Counted from the whole stretch's first letter, positions 26,172-39,207 are shown. The stretch: DNA of 63,892 nt, filler included, from Pirum gemmata (GCA_002812295.1; 18 parts of 18 records of this genome joined end to end with filler, not necessarily neighbours in it), one strand, 5' to 3'. Numbers and translations are program-made. The notes: generated from the sequence alone by a model not told the origin.

Positions 26172-28268
26172 CTATTCATTCTCGAGTTCTGATTTGTCCT
26201 TAATTGTAACATTCGTATATTCTACAGAAGACTCTATGGTGCTTACATTTTGGCTTTCAGCTAGAACCTTTTCTTCAACAATTCCATTATTGTAATTATA
26301 AGCACACATATTATGATATTCGGCAGTAACGGTAGTGTTAACGTTTGGAGTTTCTTTTAAGTTTTCTTTTGATACAATAAGCTCATCGTAATCACCTTCC
26401 CCAATACCACTACCGGTATAAGGGTCTTTATATATATTATTATCGGTGACCAAACGACCGCGTTGGGTGACTTCAGCGTATTCTGTATCAGTTAAAATAC
26501 TAGTACCACTAACAAGATTATCGTGAGACATACAAAATTCTTCTGGACTCAAACCACCTGTTTTTTATAACATTTATTAGAACCATTTGCTTTAGTGGGA
26601 AGAAATATAATACTCATATGCATAGTATAATTAATAAAAGCAAATAATACGAAAACAAATTGAATCTCTCAAAATATAACAATATAATAATATGATTAAA
26701 AGTTATAACCAATTTCAATTATATTGATACTTATAATAAAATTAATAAAAACAAAAAGTATCAATAAGAACTTCAAAGCAATAATAATAATAATAATAAT
26801 AAGAATGAGTAATGAGAAAAGTAATAAATTTAGTACCTAAATATCCTTTATCAACTTCTTCCAGTGTTTTTCTCAATTTAGATTTCACCATTTTTCTATT
26901 AGCAAGAACTCCAACTACGCCTACAAAAAGGGCGACTCCTATTGCACTAAAAACAATACCTACAATCGCTCCTTTACTTAATCCAGCATCGTTTTCTTGT
27001 TGAGCTACAAATTCATCAATAACTTATAATATATTATCTGCATCAACAGTTATTATCCAAGGTGTATCCTGAACAGTAGCAATCATACATTTCTCATTTT
27101 CAGATTGTCTAACAAATAATAATTCAAAAACATCGTTTTTACAAAGAATAGAGAGTTTATTTGGCTTAGGATAATAACAGGTGTAATCGGAAGTTTTAAC
27201 ATTGTCGTAAAATGAAGTATGGTGTGCACATTCATCAGTTCGGTTATCAATGTTCAAGACAGTGTCACTTGTGAAATATCGGCCGCTAGAGCTGTAAGCT
27301 CTAGTGAAATTTTGTTCGTATCTTAAACCATAATCTTCTTCTTCCTCCAAACTAATTGATTTGAATGAGTTCAATATCTAATTACAACATTTCAGGATTA
27401 AAAAAATAGTTATGAATTTTAATCAAGTGGAGCGAATGTGACTAGTAATAATATACATCAAAACTAAAAAATCAGAAAAAGAGAGAAAGAAATAATGACA
27501 TAATATATTACAATAAATAAAATTCTTGTTTTCTACTTAAATTAAAAAAAGTACAGTTAAACTTTTTTTAAAAAAATAACGTTTTAATAATGGATATAAA
27601 ATAATTAATACCAAATTATTTGTTTTTGTGTAAAAAATAATAAAAAAAAAATAAAAAAAATACAATGCTAACCTCAAATTCGGTGTAGCCACAACCAGCA
27701 CCATACCTCCACTTAATATCGTACGTATCAACCACTTTATTGCAATCATCGTCATAATAAATATATTTATAATCAACATCATTAATAATTTCATTGGTGA
27801 AAGTATCTAACATCCACTCAGCATCACCATAAACTTTCCAATCTGTAGTAGCATTTTCCCAATAGGTGCCCACAAAGCATGGGGAAGTTTCGGTTTCCCT
27901 AGAAAATGTAGTGATTGTACCCCAAGAATCTAAGCACTCTATAGAATAGTTGTCGACTTTATGGCATTGATAAGCGCTTATTCCACCAATAGCTTTTGAT
28001 GCACAATATTGATGAACTTCGTCCTCCACAATCGGTAGAAACCCCATGCTCTGGGAGGCGTAAACAGCATAGTTAACGTTATTTCCACCATCCGGATTTT
28101 TCTTCTCATGCCAAAAAGACCAGCTTTTTTTGAAATACTCGTACGCGCGACATGTTACCTTGCTATTGTGTTTTTCTTTAAACTGCCAAGCGAACTTTTG
28201 AGAACCTTGACTTGGATCGATATTTAAAGCACTTGCACAAAGCTCATCGTCGGGCCAAAACTGATTTT
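26172..28268 (-). CDS. Spliced type I single-pass membrane protein (exons ~28268-27673, ~27377-26837, 26557-26172) with an in-frame TAA at 27024-27026; 5' end missing
   Basis: GT/AG junctions, phase-compatible where checked (TTA G|gt ... cag|GT GGT); Cys/Trp-containing ectodomain; TM GAIVGIVFSAIGVALFVGVVGVLA followed by NRKMVKSK. Confidence 0.7.
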
Positions 28269-28724
28269 CTGTATGTAATTATTGTAATATTTATATTGGT
28301 TTTGAGTTTTTAATTAAACCATTATATTGTATATATAATGCATAATGTGGAATTAAAATTCAAGCAATGATGATTTATCAGAGCTTTTTTGTTGTTTGTG
28401 TGATGTATGGTTGTATTAAATAATAATTAGCAAAAATAACACCAGTAATGTAATAATAATAATAATAATAATATAATAATAATAATAATAATAATTAATA
28501 ATAATAATAAATAATAAAAANNNNNNNNNNNNNNNNNNNNNNNNNNNNNNNNNNNNNNNNNNNNTTAATTAATTAANNNNNNNNNNNNNNNNNNNNNNNN
28601 NNNNNNNNNNNNNNNNNNNNAATAATAATAATAATAATAATAATAAATAATAAATAATAAATAATAATAATAATAATAATAATAATATACATACACACAC
28701 TCACATACACACATATATATCCAG

Positions 28725-31700
28725 GGCTGGCTTTGGTCTTTTAGCCTCTCACGCTTATGCATTGTTGGTTGTAAAACAAGGGTCTAATGGTGTAAAATTG
28801 GTGCAGATTAGAAATCCGTGGGGGCATGCAGAATGGACAGGAGATTACGGTGATAAATCCGATGTATGTAGTTTTTGTATATATACTTCAATGTTCATGG
28901 TTAGGGTTAGGGTTAGGGTTAAGGATAGGGTTAGGGTTAGGGTTATGGGGTTAGGGTTAGGGTTAGGGGTTAGAGGTTAGAGGTTAGAGGTTAGGGGTTA
29001 GGGGTTAGGGGTAGTGTTAGGGGTAGTGTTAGGGTTAGGGTTAGGGGTAGGGGTAGGGGTAGGGTTAGGGTTAGGGTTAAGATCATTATAATAGTTACGG
29101 TTACGGTTACGGTTACGGTTTAAGGTAAGAGCGCATCGATTTTCAGTTTCAAAAAATCAGATAAAAAACCGAAGGATATAAAACAAAAATAAACCAAACC
29201 TAAACCCTAAAACCCAAAACACAAATATACACCCACCCAAATAATAACAAAATGATGAAAATGATAATAAAAATAAACAACGTTGATTAAAAATAACTAT
29301 TAAAATTAAATCATTAATATGCAATAATTGATAAGAAATGGACCCCTGCGCTAAAAAGAGAAATGGGATGGGAAGATAAAGACGATGGTATATTTTGGAT
29401 GGAGTTCAAAGATTTCATTCGAAATTTTTCCAATGTAACTGTTATGACTTACTATAAAAATGCATTTCAAGAACACACTCGTATAAATTTGAAAAAAACA
29501 ATGCACGTTATACCTGTAAATATCTATGACTCGGGAACGGATGCTACATTTACTATACATACAGTGAGAGGAACAAAGGTTGGTTTAATTATATATATAT
29601 ACATAGATATGTATATATATTATTCATGTACGTTTTGTAGCAGGTTCAAGTTAGGGGGCCTGGTCACCGTACAAGATGTCCCCCAGTAGCGACCGGTTTA
29701 TATGTATGTGACTTTTACTCTGGTCTTTTTATCAAGATTATAGTTCTTTCTATAATTACCCTTATAATATACCAGTAGCTGTTATTTACCATATATGTAT
29801 GTGACTTTTACTCTGGTCTTTTTATCAAGATTATAGTTCTTTCTATAATTACCCTTATAATATACCAGTAGCTGTTATTTACCATATATAGTTGGTAATG
29901 TTATTACTACTAATAATTCCTTTTTAAAGATGGTTTAGGGTTAGTGTTAATTGGTATTATTTTTCAATGTTTTGCTATATATAGTAATTATTGTAATTGA
30001 CTTATCTATAATTGTCTAATGTTTGGGTTTTGCTATACATAGTTAATTACTATAACTTACCTATCTTTTTCAATGAATTTCAATTCATTTACATACAGTC
30101 AATTGCCCATTACAGATCATGCGTGCTTGAGGTTAATAAGGAAGGGAAACCAATAGAATCATTGGGAGGTTCCAAAGAGACATTTTTAGAAAGAGAAGCC
30201 AATTCCACTGAAGTTATTAAATTTGGAAAGCCAGGAAAATACCTTTTAGTAATACAAGTATACCCGAAAGATAGTCATATGCTTCCCCTGAACGTAACGA
30301 TATCTGCTTACGCTAATAAAGAAGTTTCGTTTGATGGTAAAAACTTAATTTTGACCATTTTACTACTATTCATTTCATTACTATTTATCTTTCAGTATTT
30401 ATCATTTATCATTTATCATACATTTCATTTATCATTTATCATTTATCATTTATCATTTATCATTTATCATTTATCATTTATCATTTATCATTTATCATTT
30501 ATCATTTATCATTTATCATGAATCATTTGTCATTTATCATTTATCTAAAAAACAGCAATTAAATTACCTAGAATTGCCAATAACTTTATCCTTTATCCTT
30601 TATCCTTTATCCTTTATCCTTTATCCTTTATCCTTATCATTTATCATTTATCATTTATCATTTATCATTTATCATTTATCTAAAAAACAGCAATTAAATT
30701 ACCTGGAACTGTCAGTAGCTTATCTAAATTAATAATTTCGTTTTTTTTAAAGAAAGTACTATTTTGTGTCCTTGTCTCTTTTTTAACTTGTATATATATA
30801 TATATATAAAGATGAACAAACCGACACAACTTATTGTGATTTCTATCTACCTTCATATAAGGAAAAGTATGGTTCGTGTGACGAGTGTACTGGTCCACTG
30901 AATGGGGCTTCCACGTCTGCTTTAGGTACCTATTCTTTTTCCCTTCTACAACACACACACACAACACACACTCAGTATTCATTATTCAATTATAAACTCA
31001 AATTCTGACGTTATGTTCAAACAAACGATGCAACACGATATAGCAAAACAATACCAATAACATCTATACAGCAATACGCGATTTTACAACACTAAAAACA
31101 GCAAAACAACATAACAACAAAACAACAAAACAACAAAACAACAAAACAACAAAACAAAAAAACAACAAAACAACAAAACAACAAAACAANNNNNNNNNNN
31201 NNNNNNNNNNNNNNNNNNNNNNNNNNNNNNNNNNNNNNNNNNNNNNNNNNNNNNNNNNNNNNNNNNNNNNNNNNNNNNNNNNNNNNNNNNNNNNNNNNNN
31301 NNNNNNNNNNNNNNNNNNNNNNNNNNNNNNNNNNNNNNNNNNNNNNNNNNNNNNNNNNNATAAATCAATAAAACAATAAAACAAATAAAACAAATAAAAC
31401 AAATAAAACAAATAAAACAATAAAACAATAAAAAAATAAAAAAATAAAACAGATAAGACAATGAAAAATAAAACAATAAAACAAAAAAATAATAAAACCA
31501 ATAAAACCAATAAAACAATAAAACAATAAAAACAATAAACCAATAAGCCAATAAACCGAAAACCAAAAACCAATAAAACAATAAAACAATAAACCAATAA
31601 AAACTACACATCCAACAATATAATACCAACAATGTAGTACTACACTAGAAAAATCCTTATAGCAATGTAATAATTCAACAAAACATTATAATAACAATGA

Positions 31701-31906
31701 GCCATTTAAAACGTTTGTTCTTGATAAACTTTTAGGGAAGATTTATCACGTAGCATGTTTTGTGTGCAAAAAATGTAGAAATAAGATCTCAGGTTCCTTC
31801 TTTCCTGATCCAGGCGGGGATTTACCAACGTGCCAGACATGTCAAAATGGAGGTGGTCCACGTGGTGGCGCGGGCACGGGTGCGGGTGATTCGCCAGTTA
31901 AAAAAG
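28725..31906 (+). CDS. Calpain-family cysteine protease (CysPc C-terminal part + domain III) with a LIM domain; exons 28725-28863, 29336-~29578, ~29644-29695, ~30099-30336, 30812-30925, 31736-31906; partial at both ends
   Basis: Catalytic His and Asn motifs SHAYALL and IRNPWG..EW.G; DDGIFWMEFKDF; spliced CDEC-x16-HVACFVCKKC-x18-CQTC matches the LIM consensus. Junctions of the short third exon are less certain. Confidence 0.88.
28899..29120 (+). repeat. Intronic telomere-type (TTAGGG, TTAGAGG, TTACGG)n tract
   Basis: Starts ~35 bp after the GT donor at 28864. Confidence 0.9.
29701..29890. repeat. Near-perfect ~93 bp tandem duplication inside a calpain intron
   Basis: TATGTATGTGACTTTTACTCTGG...GCTGTTATTTACCATA occurs twice. 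Confidence 0.9.
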
Positions 31907-32153
31907 GTATGTAAACTATAGGCATTCATTAACTATAAAAGTTTGATTAAAAATTACAACATACAATATCAGTAGCAAGTACGGAATAATAAACTGTTTG
32001 TTTTCGTTATTAAACACCATAGGTCATTATTATTATTATTATTATTATTATTANNNNNNNNNNNNNNNNNNNNNNNNNNNNNNNNNNNNNNNNNNNNTTA
32101 ATTAATTAANNNNNNNNNNNNNNNNNNNNNNNNNNNNNNNNNNNNNNNNNNNN

Positions 32154-32342
32154 AGCTGCCGGAACTTTTCCGATTTTATGGTTTATTACTATTAATGTTA
32201 ACATTATTACTTTAATTGGTATCTACTATAATTAAATTTCTTATTTTAAGCTATTTAACTGCTATTATTAGTAAAAACATGGAACAAAGGTTGGCTCGAT
32301 AAGCATCAGTTCGAAAAAAGTTCCAGATACCTCACCCCTACT
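32154..32342 (+). mobile_element. MITE-like family D copy, left end cut by the contig edge
   Basis: Reverse complement of 32637-32830; ends CTCACCCCTACT. Confidence 0.85.
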
Positions 32343-32636
32343 TTTTAAAAAGTTAGCTCTAAAAAATTAGCTTGGTAGCCATAAAAATAATTTGGTAGTA
32401 AAAAAATAATAAGCCTTTCGTATTGGTGTATTGTAGTCTATTATAGATAAAAAGGGAGAAACTTAGTTACTTTCATTGGATAACGTTCTCAATCTATATA
32501 TTGAAATTTTATTATTGGCTTAAACCCGATTTTTTTTGACCAACAGCCTTCCTGGTCTTCTTGATAACTAGCCAGGTAACTGGCCCTCATAAAATAAATT
32601 ACTTTTTTAAAAAAAATAGGAAAACAATTGTAAGTC

Positions 32637-32868
32637 AGTAGGGGTGAGATATCTACTGGAACTTTTTTCGAACATATGCTTATCGAGCCAACCTTAGTTC
32701 CGTGTTTTTACTAATAATAGCAGTTATATAACTTAAAATAGTAAATCTAATTATTGCAGTTACCAATTAAAGGAATAATATTAACATTAATAGTAATTAA
32801 AATCATAAATCGGAAAAGTTCCGGCAGATGTTCGATAATAATAAAATAACGTCATCTCACCCCTACTT
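32637..32868 (-). mobile_element. MITE-like family D, full-length (~230 bp), TIR AGTAGGGGTGAGAT
   Basis: AGTAGGGGTGAGAT ... ATCTCACCCCTACT; third copy at 62146. Confidence 0.85.
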
Positions 32869-33110
32869 GTAAGTCTTCCTAAAAAAAACTTCAACCGAGA
32901 AAGTCTCACTTCGAGTCTAAGTCTCGCTAAAAAGTGGAACCCTTATGACTAACTCTTTAATTAAAATAAGTTGTTTTTAAAGGAAGAAGGTAGGTAATGA
33001 CGTCAATTATCGGATTGTTTTACTATTGTTTTTGTTGATTCCTTCGATCTGAACATTTCTATTTCTATATATAGCATCACAGGGCATCACACTTTTTTTT
33101 TTTTTAACAG

Positions 33111-33327
33111 CTAAGCCGGATAAAACTGCAGAAATGTTTTTTCCTTTCTAAAACTAATTTTAACTACCCACCAAATTAATTTTAAAAACTGGCCATTCGT
33201 TCATAATAGAGTTTTTTAGCTAAACAATTTGGTAGCATTTTCATTGAAATTGGATTATTTTGAGTTTTTTTGGATTTTTGAGCTCATATATATTATGGCA
33301 AATGTCGTAATTTTTTTCCGACTTGGC
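33111..33327 (+). mobile_element. MITE-like family E copy
   Basis: CTAAGCCGGATAAAACTGCAGAAATG ... CCGACTTGGC. Confidence 0.75.
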
Positions 33328-34494
33328 TAAAAGAAATTTTTTTTTATCATAAATCTGTTTTATCATAATGTAATGTGTTATTATGATACTTAACTATTAA
33401 TTAATATGGCTTAGTAAGGGTATTACATTGAAAGGTATATTGTAAATTATACACTCATAAGGATATTGGTGTAGTTGTTAATTATATACTAAACCTTGGG
33501 TTGGGGTTTACGCATTATGTGTTTGAAAACAGAATGTCATATTGTTTTTTGTATTTTTGTTGGTATAATTTTGTTGAAAACCTCGAGCATACGAAAGTTT
33601 GCCTTGCTGAGTAATATATTGCCAAGTGTTTGTGTGTTGGCATATAGCCATTATTGGTACCTACTATTAAATGTTGATGACTTACTGGTTGTATTTTCAG
33701 TTTGCAATAACTGAAAAGGTGTTTTGAAAAAAATTAAAAATTTTGGTTTGTATTGTGAAAGATTAATTACAATAAGGGCAATTGAAAACACCATTATTAA
33801 TAATTGAATGTTTCCATATAAACAGGTTTGCGTGTTAATTGGAGTCACTAACAGTTGATTAATTTAATAGGTATACCTTTTAAAGCTATGCGAATTTGTT
33901 GTATTTTGGAAGTCCAGATTTCTATAAAATTATAATGTGTTGTAGAGAAATTTAGAGGGGGGTGGTAGTAAGTGAAGTGGTGGTGTGGTGTCCTAACCAT
34001 TTATAAAAAATAATATCAGCTTTGTGTTGACTAATATTATTAATTTTAACTATATTAGTAATTCTTTTAACTATTCCCATAAGCAGTTCTGGATTCCAAT
34101 TTAATGGAGTAAGTAGTCCCCAAACGGTAGTATTAAGAGGGGTGTTGGTAAGGGACTGTAAAGCTTTTCTATTATAAAATTCAACAGTTTGAGCTGTCCA
34201 TCGTGGCGAGGTAATTTCATAATTATTGGAGGTAAATAATTGTATGTAGTGATAGCTGTTTTAAACCGAATGTTACTTAAATTACTAAGGTGATTCATAA
34301 TAGATTGGATAGTATAATTATAAAAGAAAATTAACTTGTAATAATATCATATTATATATATTATATATATTATGGAATCGAAAGTTATGTAATTACGCTA
34401 AATAAAATGCCAAACCTCTTTTATATTAATTTAATTATTATAATTAGCGAGAATAATAATTTGACATCTGCTGTTTAAGATGAATTAATAATAT

Positions 34495-35139
34495 AATATG
34501 AGGTTTTCTTATGATCAAGCACAACATCTGCCCCCCAGCTCTCAACTATTTTTACCTTCTCTGACGAGCACATCAGTCATATGGGCTTCTTGTGCTTTGG
34601 CCATTTCTTACCAAACGAACCTACCCCACCAAAAGCCCCGTTAACGAAAACCTTGTCCCCTGCTTTAATATTACAAAGGTTTATTCCCATCATCGCAGCT
34701 TGTCCAGATATCGGCACAGTGGCCGCTTGTTCAAAGGTAACCTTGGATGATTTCTTAACCAATGCTATTGCTTTTACCGCAACATATTCAGCAAATCCTC
34801 CACCTAAACCTTTTCGAATATCAGCAACAACTTCATCGCCAATTTGAAAGCCTTTTACTTTATTTCCAATACATGCAATTGTAACGGTTGTGTCCATTCC
34901 CAAGACTTGGTATAATAGCCTACTGCAGGTCGAAAGAATCCAAGAAGGAATCGGATGATCATATAGGTGGCCTTAACCATAATATTATGTTTATCCACTG
35001 CATTGATAGAAGAACACTCCACTTTCAATAGAACTTCATCGGATTGTATTTGAGGCATTGGTCTATTGTTAACAAGTTTCAACACATCTTTGGGAGCCCC
35101 GTAATGTTCAAAAATCGAAGCACGCATAGTTGACAGCAT
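34495..35139 (-). pseudogene. Medium-chain dehydrogenase/reductase (quinone oxidoreductase-like) pseudogene, frameshifted and 3'-truncated
   Basis: Fragments in successive frames: YGAPKDVLKL..DEVLLKVECSSINAVD / GDEVVA..GGFAEYV..GDKVFVNGAFGGVGSF / MAKAQEAH / CSSEKVKIVESWGADVVLDHKK; no introns. Confidence 0.85.
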
Positions 35140-35361
35140 AATGTTATATATATTATACTAGTACTAGTATTAAAGTCTTTTTATATATTTATTTTAGTTA
35201 TATATACCTTTTCTATATTATTTCTCGCATAAAGTGCACGTGTCTATATACATTAATAATTTTTTCTAGTTTTTTTTATATAGTTTGTTTATCAAGAATG
35301 ACACAAAACAACTAAATATACAATTTTCAAACCTTTCTATTATCTACGTTCCTACTACGAC

Positions 35362-35474
35362 ATTGAGGTATTTTTGTTCTTGATTCTGATTATTCAAATT
35401 GCTTTTTTTCATGAATTCGAAGGAAAAGTACCAACAATTAGAATAATCAGAATCAAGAACAAAAATACCTCAAT
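35362..35474. repeat. Perfect 34 bp inverted repeat with a 45 nt spacer
   Basis: ATTGAGGTATTTTTGTTCTTGATTCTGATTATTC at 35362-35395; exact reverse complement at 35441-35474. Confidence 0.95.
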
Positions 35475-35782
35475 CTATAATACCAATTAAATTATATATA
35501 CTAACAAAATAATTTAAAAAAATATAATACATATGTTTACATGTTTGTTTTTTTGTTTGTTTGATTCTAAGTTAGTAGGTTGGTTGGTTGGTTGGTTGGT
35601 TGGTTGGTNNNNNNNNNNNNNNNNNNNNNNNNNNNNNNNNNNNNNNNNNNNNTTAATTAATTAANNNNNNNNNNNNNNNNNNNNNNNNNNNNNNNNNNNN
35701 NNNNNNNNAAAAAATAACAATAATTATTATTATTATTATTATTACCTATTATTATTAGTATTATTATTATTACTACTACTAC

Positions 35783-35817
<35 letters not shown>

Positions 35818-35830
35818 ATTTTTTATAAGG

Positions 35831-36209
35831 TATTCTGTACAAAAAAATCAGATATTAATTGGGCGTACGAAATCATGGAAGTAAAAATTTATGGCGAAAA
35901 AAGTGCTTTTGTTTTTGAAAACCATAATAATATAACAACAACAACAACAACAACAGCAGTAGCAGCTGCAGCAGCAATTCCTACTACTACTGCTGCTACT
36001 AATAATAATACTAATACTAATACTAATACTAATACTAATACTAATACTAATACTAATACTAATACTAATACTAATACTAATACTAATACTAATACTAATA
36101 CTAATACNACTAATACTAATACTAATACTACTAAAACTACCACCACCACCACTCCTACTACTCCTACTTCTCCTACTATACTTACTGCACTTACTACTCC
36201 TACTACACT

Positions 36210-36256
<47 letters not shown>

Positions 36257-36355
36257 CTACTACTCCTACTACTACCACCACTTCTACTTCTACTACCACT
36301 ACTACCACTACTCCTACTCCTACTCCTACCACTACTGCTCCTACTATTACCACCA

Positions 36356-36412
<57 letters not shown>

Positions 36413-36557
36413 ATAATAACGCTGGTAACGATTTCACAACAACAACACTTCAAGTATCATCACCTCCGTATAGTCAAATAACAAAACCAAACGTACCTTT
36501 ACTGACATGGAAAGCAACACCATCACCAATAACACCAACAACAACACCAACAACACC

Positions 36558-36619
<62 letters not shown>

Positions 36620-36929
36620 CAACAGCAACAATAACAACCAGTGAAAAAGCAACAAGAACAATTGTAACAGTAGCAACACCAACAACAACAACAACAATAA
36701 TAGCAACAATAACAACAAAACCAAAAACAAAACCGACAACAACAACAACAGAAACTAGTAAAACGACAGCAGCAGCAGCAGTAGCAGTAATAATAACAAA
36801 CTGGGAAAAAGCAGCAAGAACAATTGTAGCAGTAACAACAACACCAACAACACCAACAACACCACCACCACCGCCACTACCAAAAACAGCAGCAACAACA
36901 ACAGCAGCAGCAGCAGCACCATTGCAATC

Positions 36930-36994
<65 letters not shown>

Positions 36995-37273
36995 CTACAG
37001 AAAGAGGTAAAACAATAGTAACAACAACAGCAGCAGCATTGATAATAATAACCAGTGAAAAAGCAACAAGAACAATTGTAGCAGTAACTACACCAACAAC
37101 ACCAACACCAACACCACCACCAACAACAACAACAGCAACAATAATAATAACAACAACCAAGACAACAACACCAACAACAACAGAAACAAGTAAAAGAACA
37201 ACAACAACAGCAGCAGTAATAATAACAGCCAGGGAAAAAGAAGCAAGAACAATTGCAGCAGTAAGAACAACAC

Positions 37274-37308
<35 letters not shown>

Positions 37309-38671
37309 ACAGCAGCAGCAGCAGCAACACCAATAGATAAAACAATAACAACAACAACAGCAACAGCAACAGCAACAGCAACAAGCAAAACAACAGCAAC
37401 AACAGCAACAGGCAAAACAACAGCAACAACAGCAACAGGCGAAACAACAACAACAACAACAACAGTAGCAATAACAACAACCAGCGAAAAAGAAACAAGA
37501 ACAACTGTAGCAGTAACAACACAGCCAACAACCACAACAACAACAACAACAACAACAACAGCAACAACAACAACAACAACAGAAACAAGTAAAACAACAA
37601 CAGCAGCAGCAGTAATAATAGCAAGGGGGTGGGCGGGAGCAAGAACAATTGTAGCAGTAACACAAACACCAACAACACCAACACCAACATCAACAACACC
37701 AACACTAACACCAACACCAACAATACCAATACCAACACCAATACCAACACCAACACCAACACCAACACCACCAACACCAACACCAACACCACCAACAACA
37801 GCAGCAGAATCAGCAGCAGCAATAGATAAAACAACAACAACAGCGACAGCAACAGGCAAAACAACAACTACAATAGCAACAGGAAAAATAACAATAACAA
37901 TAACAACAACAACAACAGCAGCAGCAATAATAACAACCAGCGAAAAACAAGTAGCAAGAACAACTGTAGCACTAACAACACCAACACCAACACCAACACC
38001 AACACCAACACCACCAACACCAACAGAAACAAGTAAAGCAACAACAACAGAAACAAGTAAAACAACAACAACAGAAACAAGTAAAACAACAACAACAGCA
38101 GCAGCAGTAATAATAACAACGAGAGAAAAAGCAGCAAGAACAATTGTAGCAGTAACATCAACACCAACAACAACAACAACACTACCACCAACAACAACAA
38201 CTACACCAACAACAACACCACCACCACCAACAACACCACCACCACCAACAACAACAACAACAACAGCAGCAGCAGCAGCAATAGATAAAACAACAACAGC
38301 AACAGGCAAAACAACAACAACAACAGCAACAGCAACAGGTAAAACAACAACAACAACAACAACAACACCAATAATAACAACCAGCGAAAAAGAAGCAAGA
38401 ACAACTGTACCAGTAACAACACAGCCAACGACACAACCAACAACACCAAAACCAACAACACCAACACCAATAACACATTCAACAACAACAACACAAACAA
38501 GTAAAACAACAGCAACAGAAACAAGAAAAACAACAACAACAGCAGCAACAGCAACAGTAATAATAACATCGAGGGAAAAAGAAGCAAGAACAATTGTAGC
38601 AGTAACAACAACACCTACAACACCACCAACACCACCAACACCAACACCAACACCAACACCAGCAGCAGACA

Positions 38672-38727
<56 letters not shown>

Positions 38728-39143
38728 GGCAAAGCAACAACAACAACAACTATAGCAACAGGCAAAACAACAACAGCAACAACAAGAACAGCAGCAATAA
38801 CAACAACCAGCGAAAAAGAAGCAAGAACAACTGAAGCAGTAACAACAACAACACCAACAACACCAACAACAACAACTACAGCAACATCAACACCAACAAC
38901 ACCAATACCAACAACAACAACAACAACACCAGCACCAACACCACCAACAACACCACCACCACCACCAACACCAATACCAACACCAACAACAACAGAAACA
39001 AGTAAAACAACAACAACATTAACATCAGTAATAATAACAGCGAGGGAAAAAGAAGCAAGAACAATTTTAGCAGTAACAACACCACCACCACCAACAACAA
39101 CAACACCAACAACAACAACAACAACAACAACAACACCATCATC

Positions 39144-39183
<40 letters not shown>

Positions 39184-39207
39184 CCACCACCACCACCACC
39201 AACAACA
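35831..39207 (+). CDS. Thr/Pro/Ala-rich mucin-like coding exon with a recurring IITTSEKEARTIVAVT module; partial
   Basis: Frame open for more than 1100 codons; the alternative Gln frame has TAG stops; possible acceptor TTTTATAAG at 35830. Confidence 0.55.

Noticed and set aside
27024..27026. Stop-codon reassignment (TAA read as Gln)
   Set aside because: The ABCB1, Agd3-like, ankyrin and carrier genes end at TAA, and their long frames have no internal TAA or TAG.
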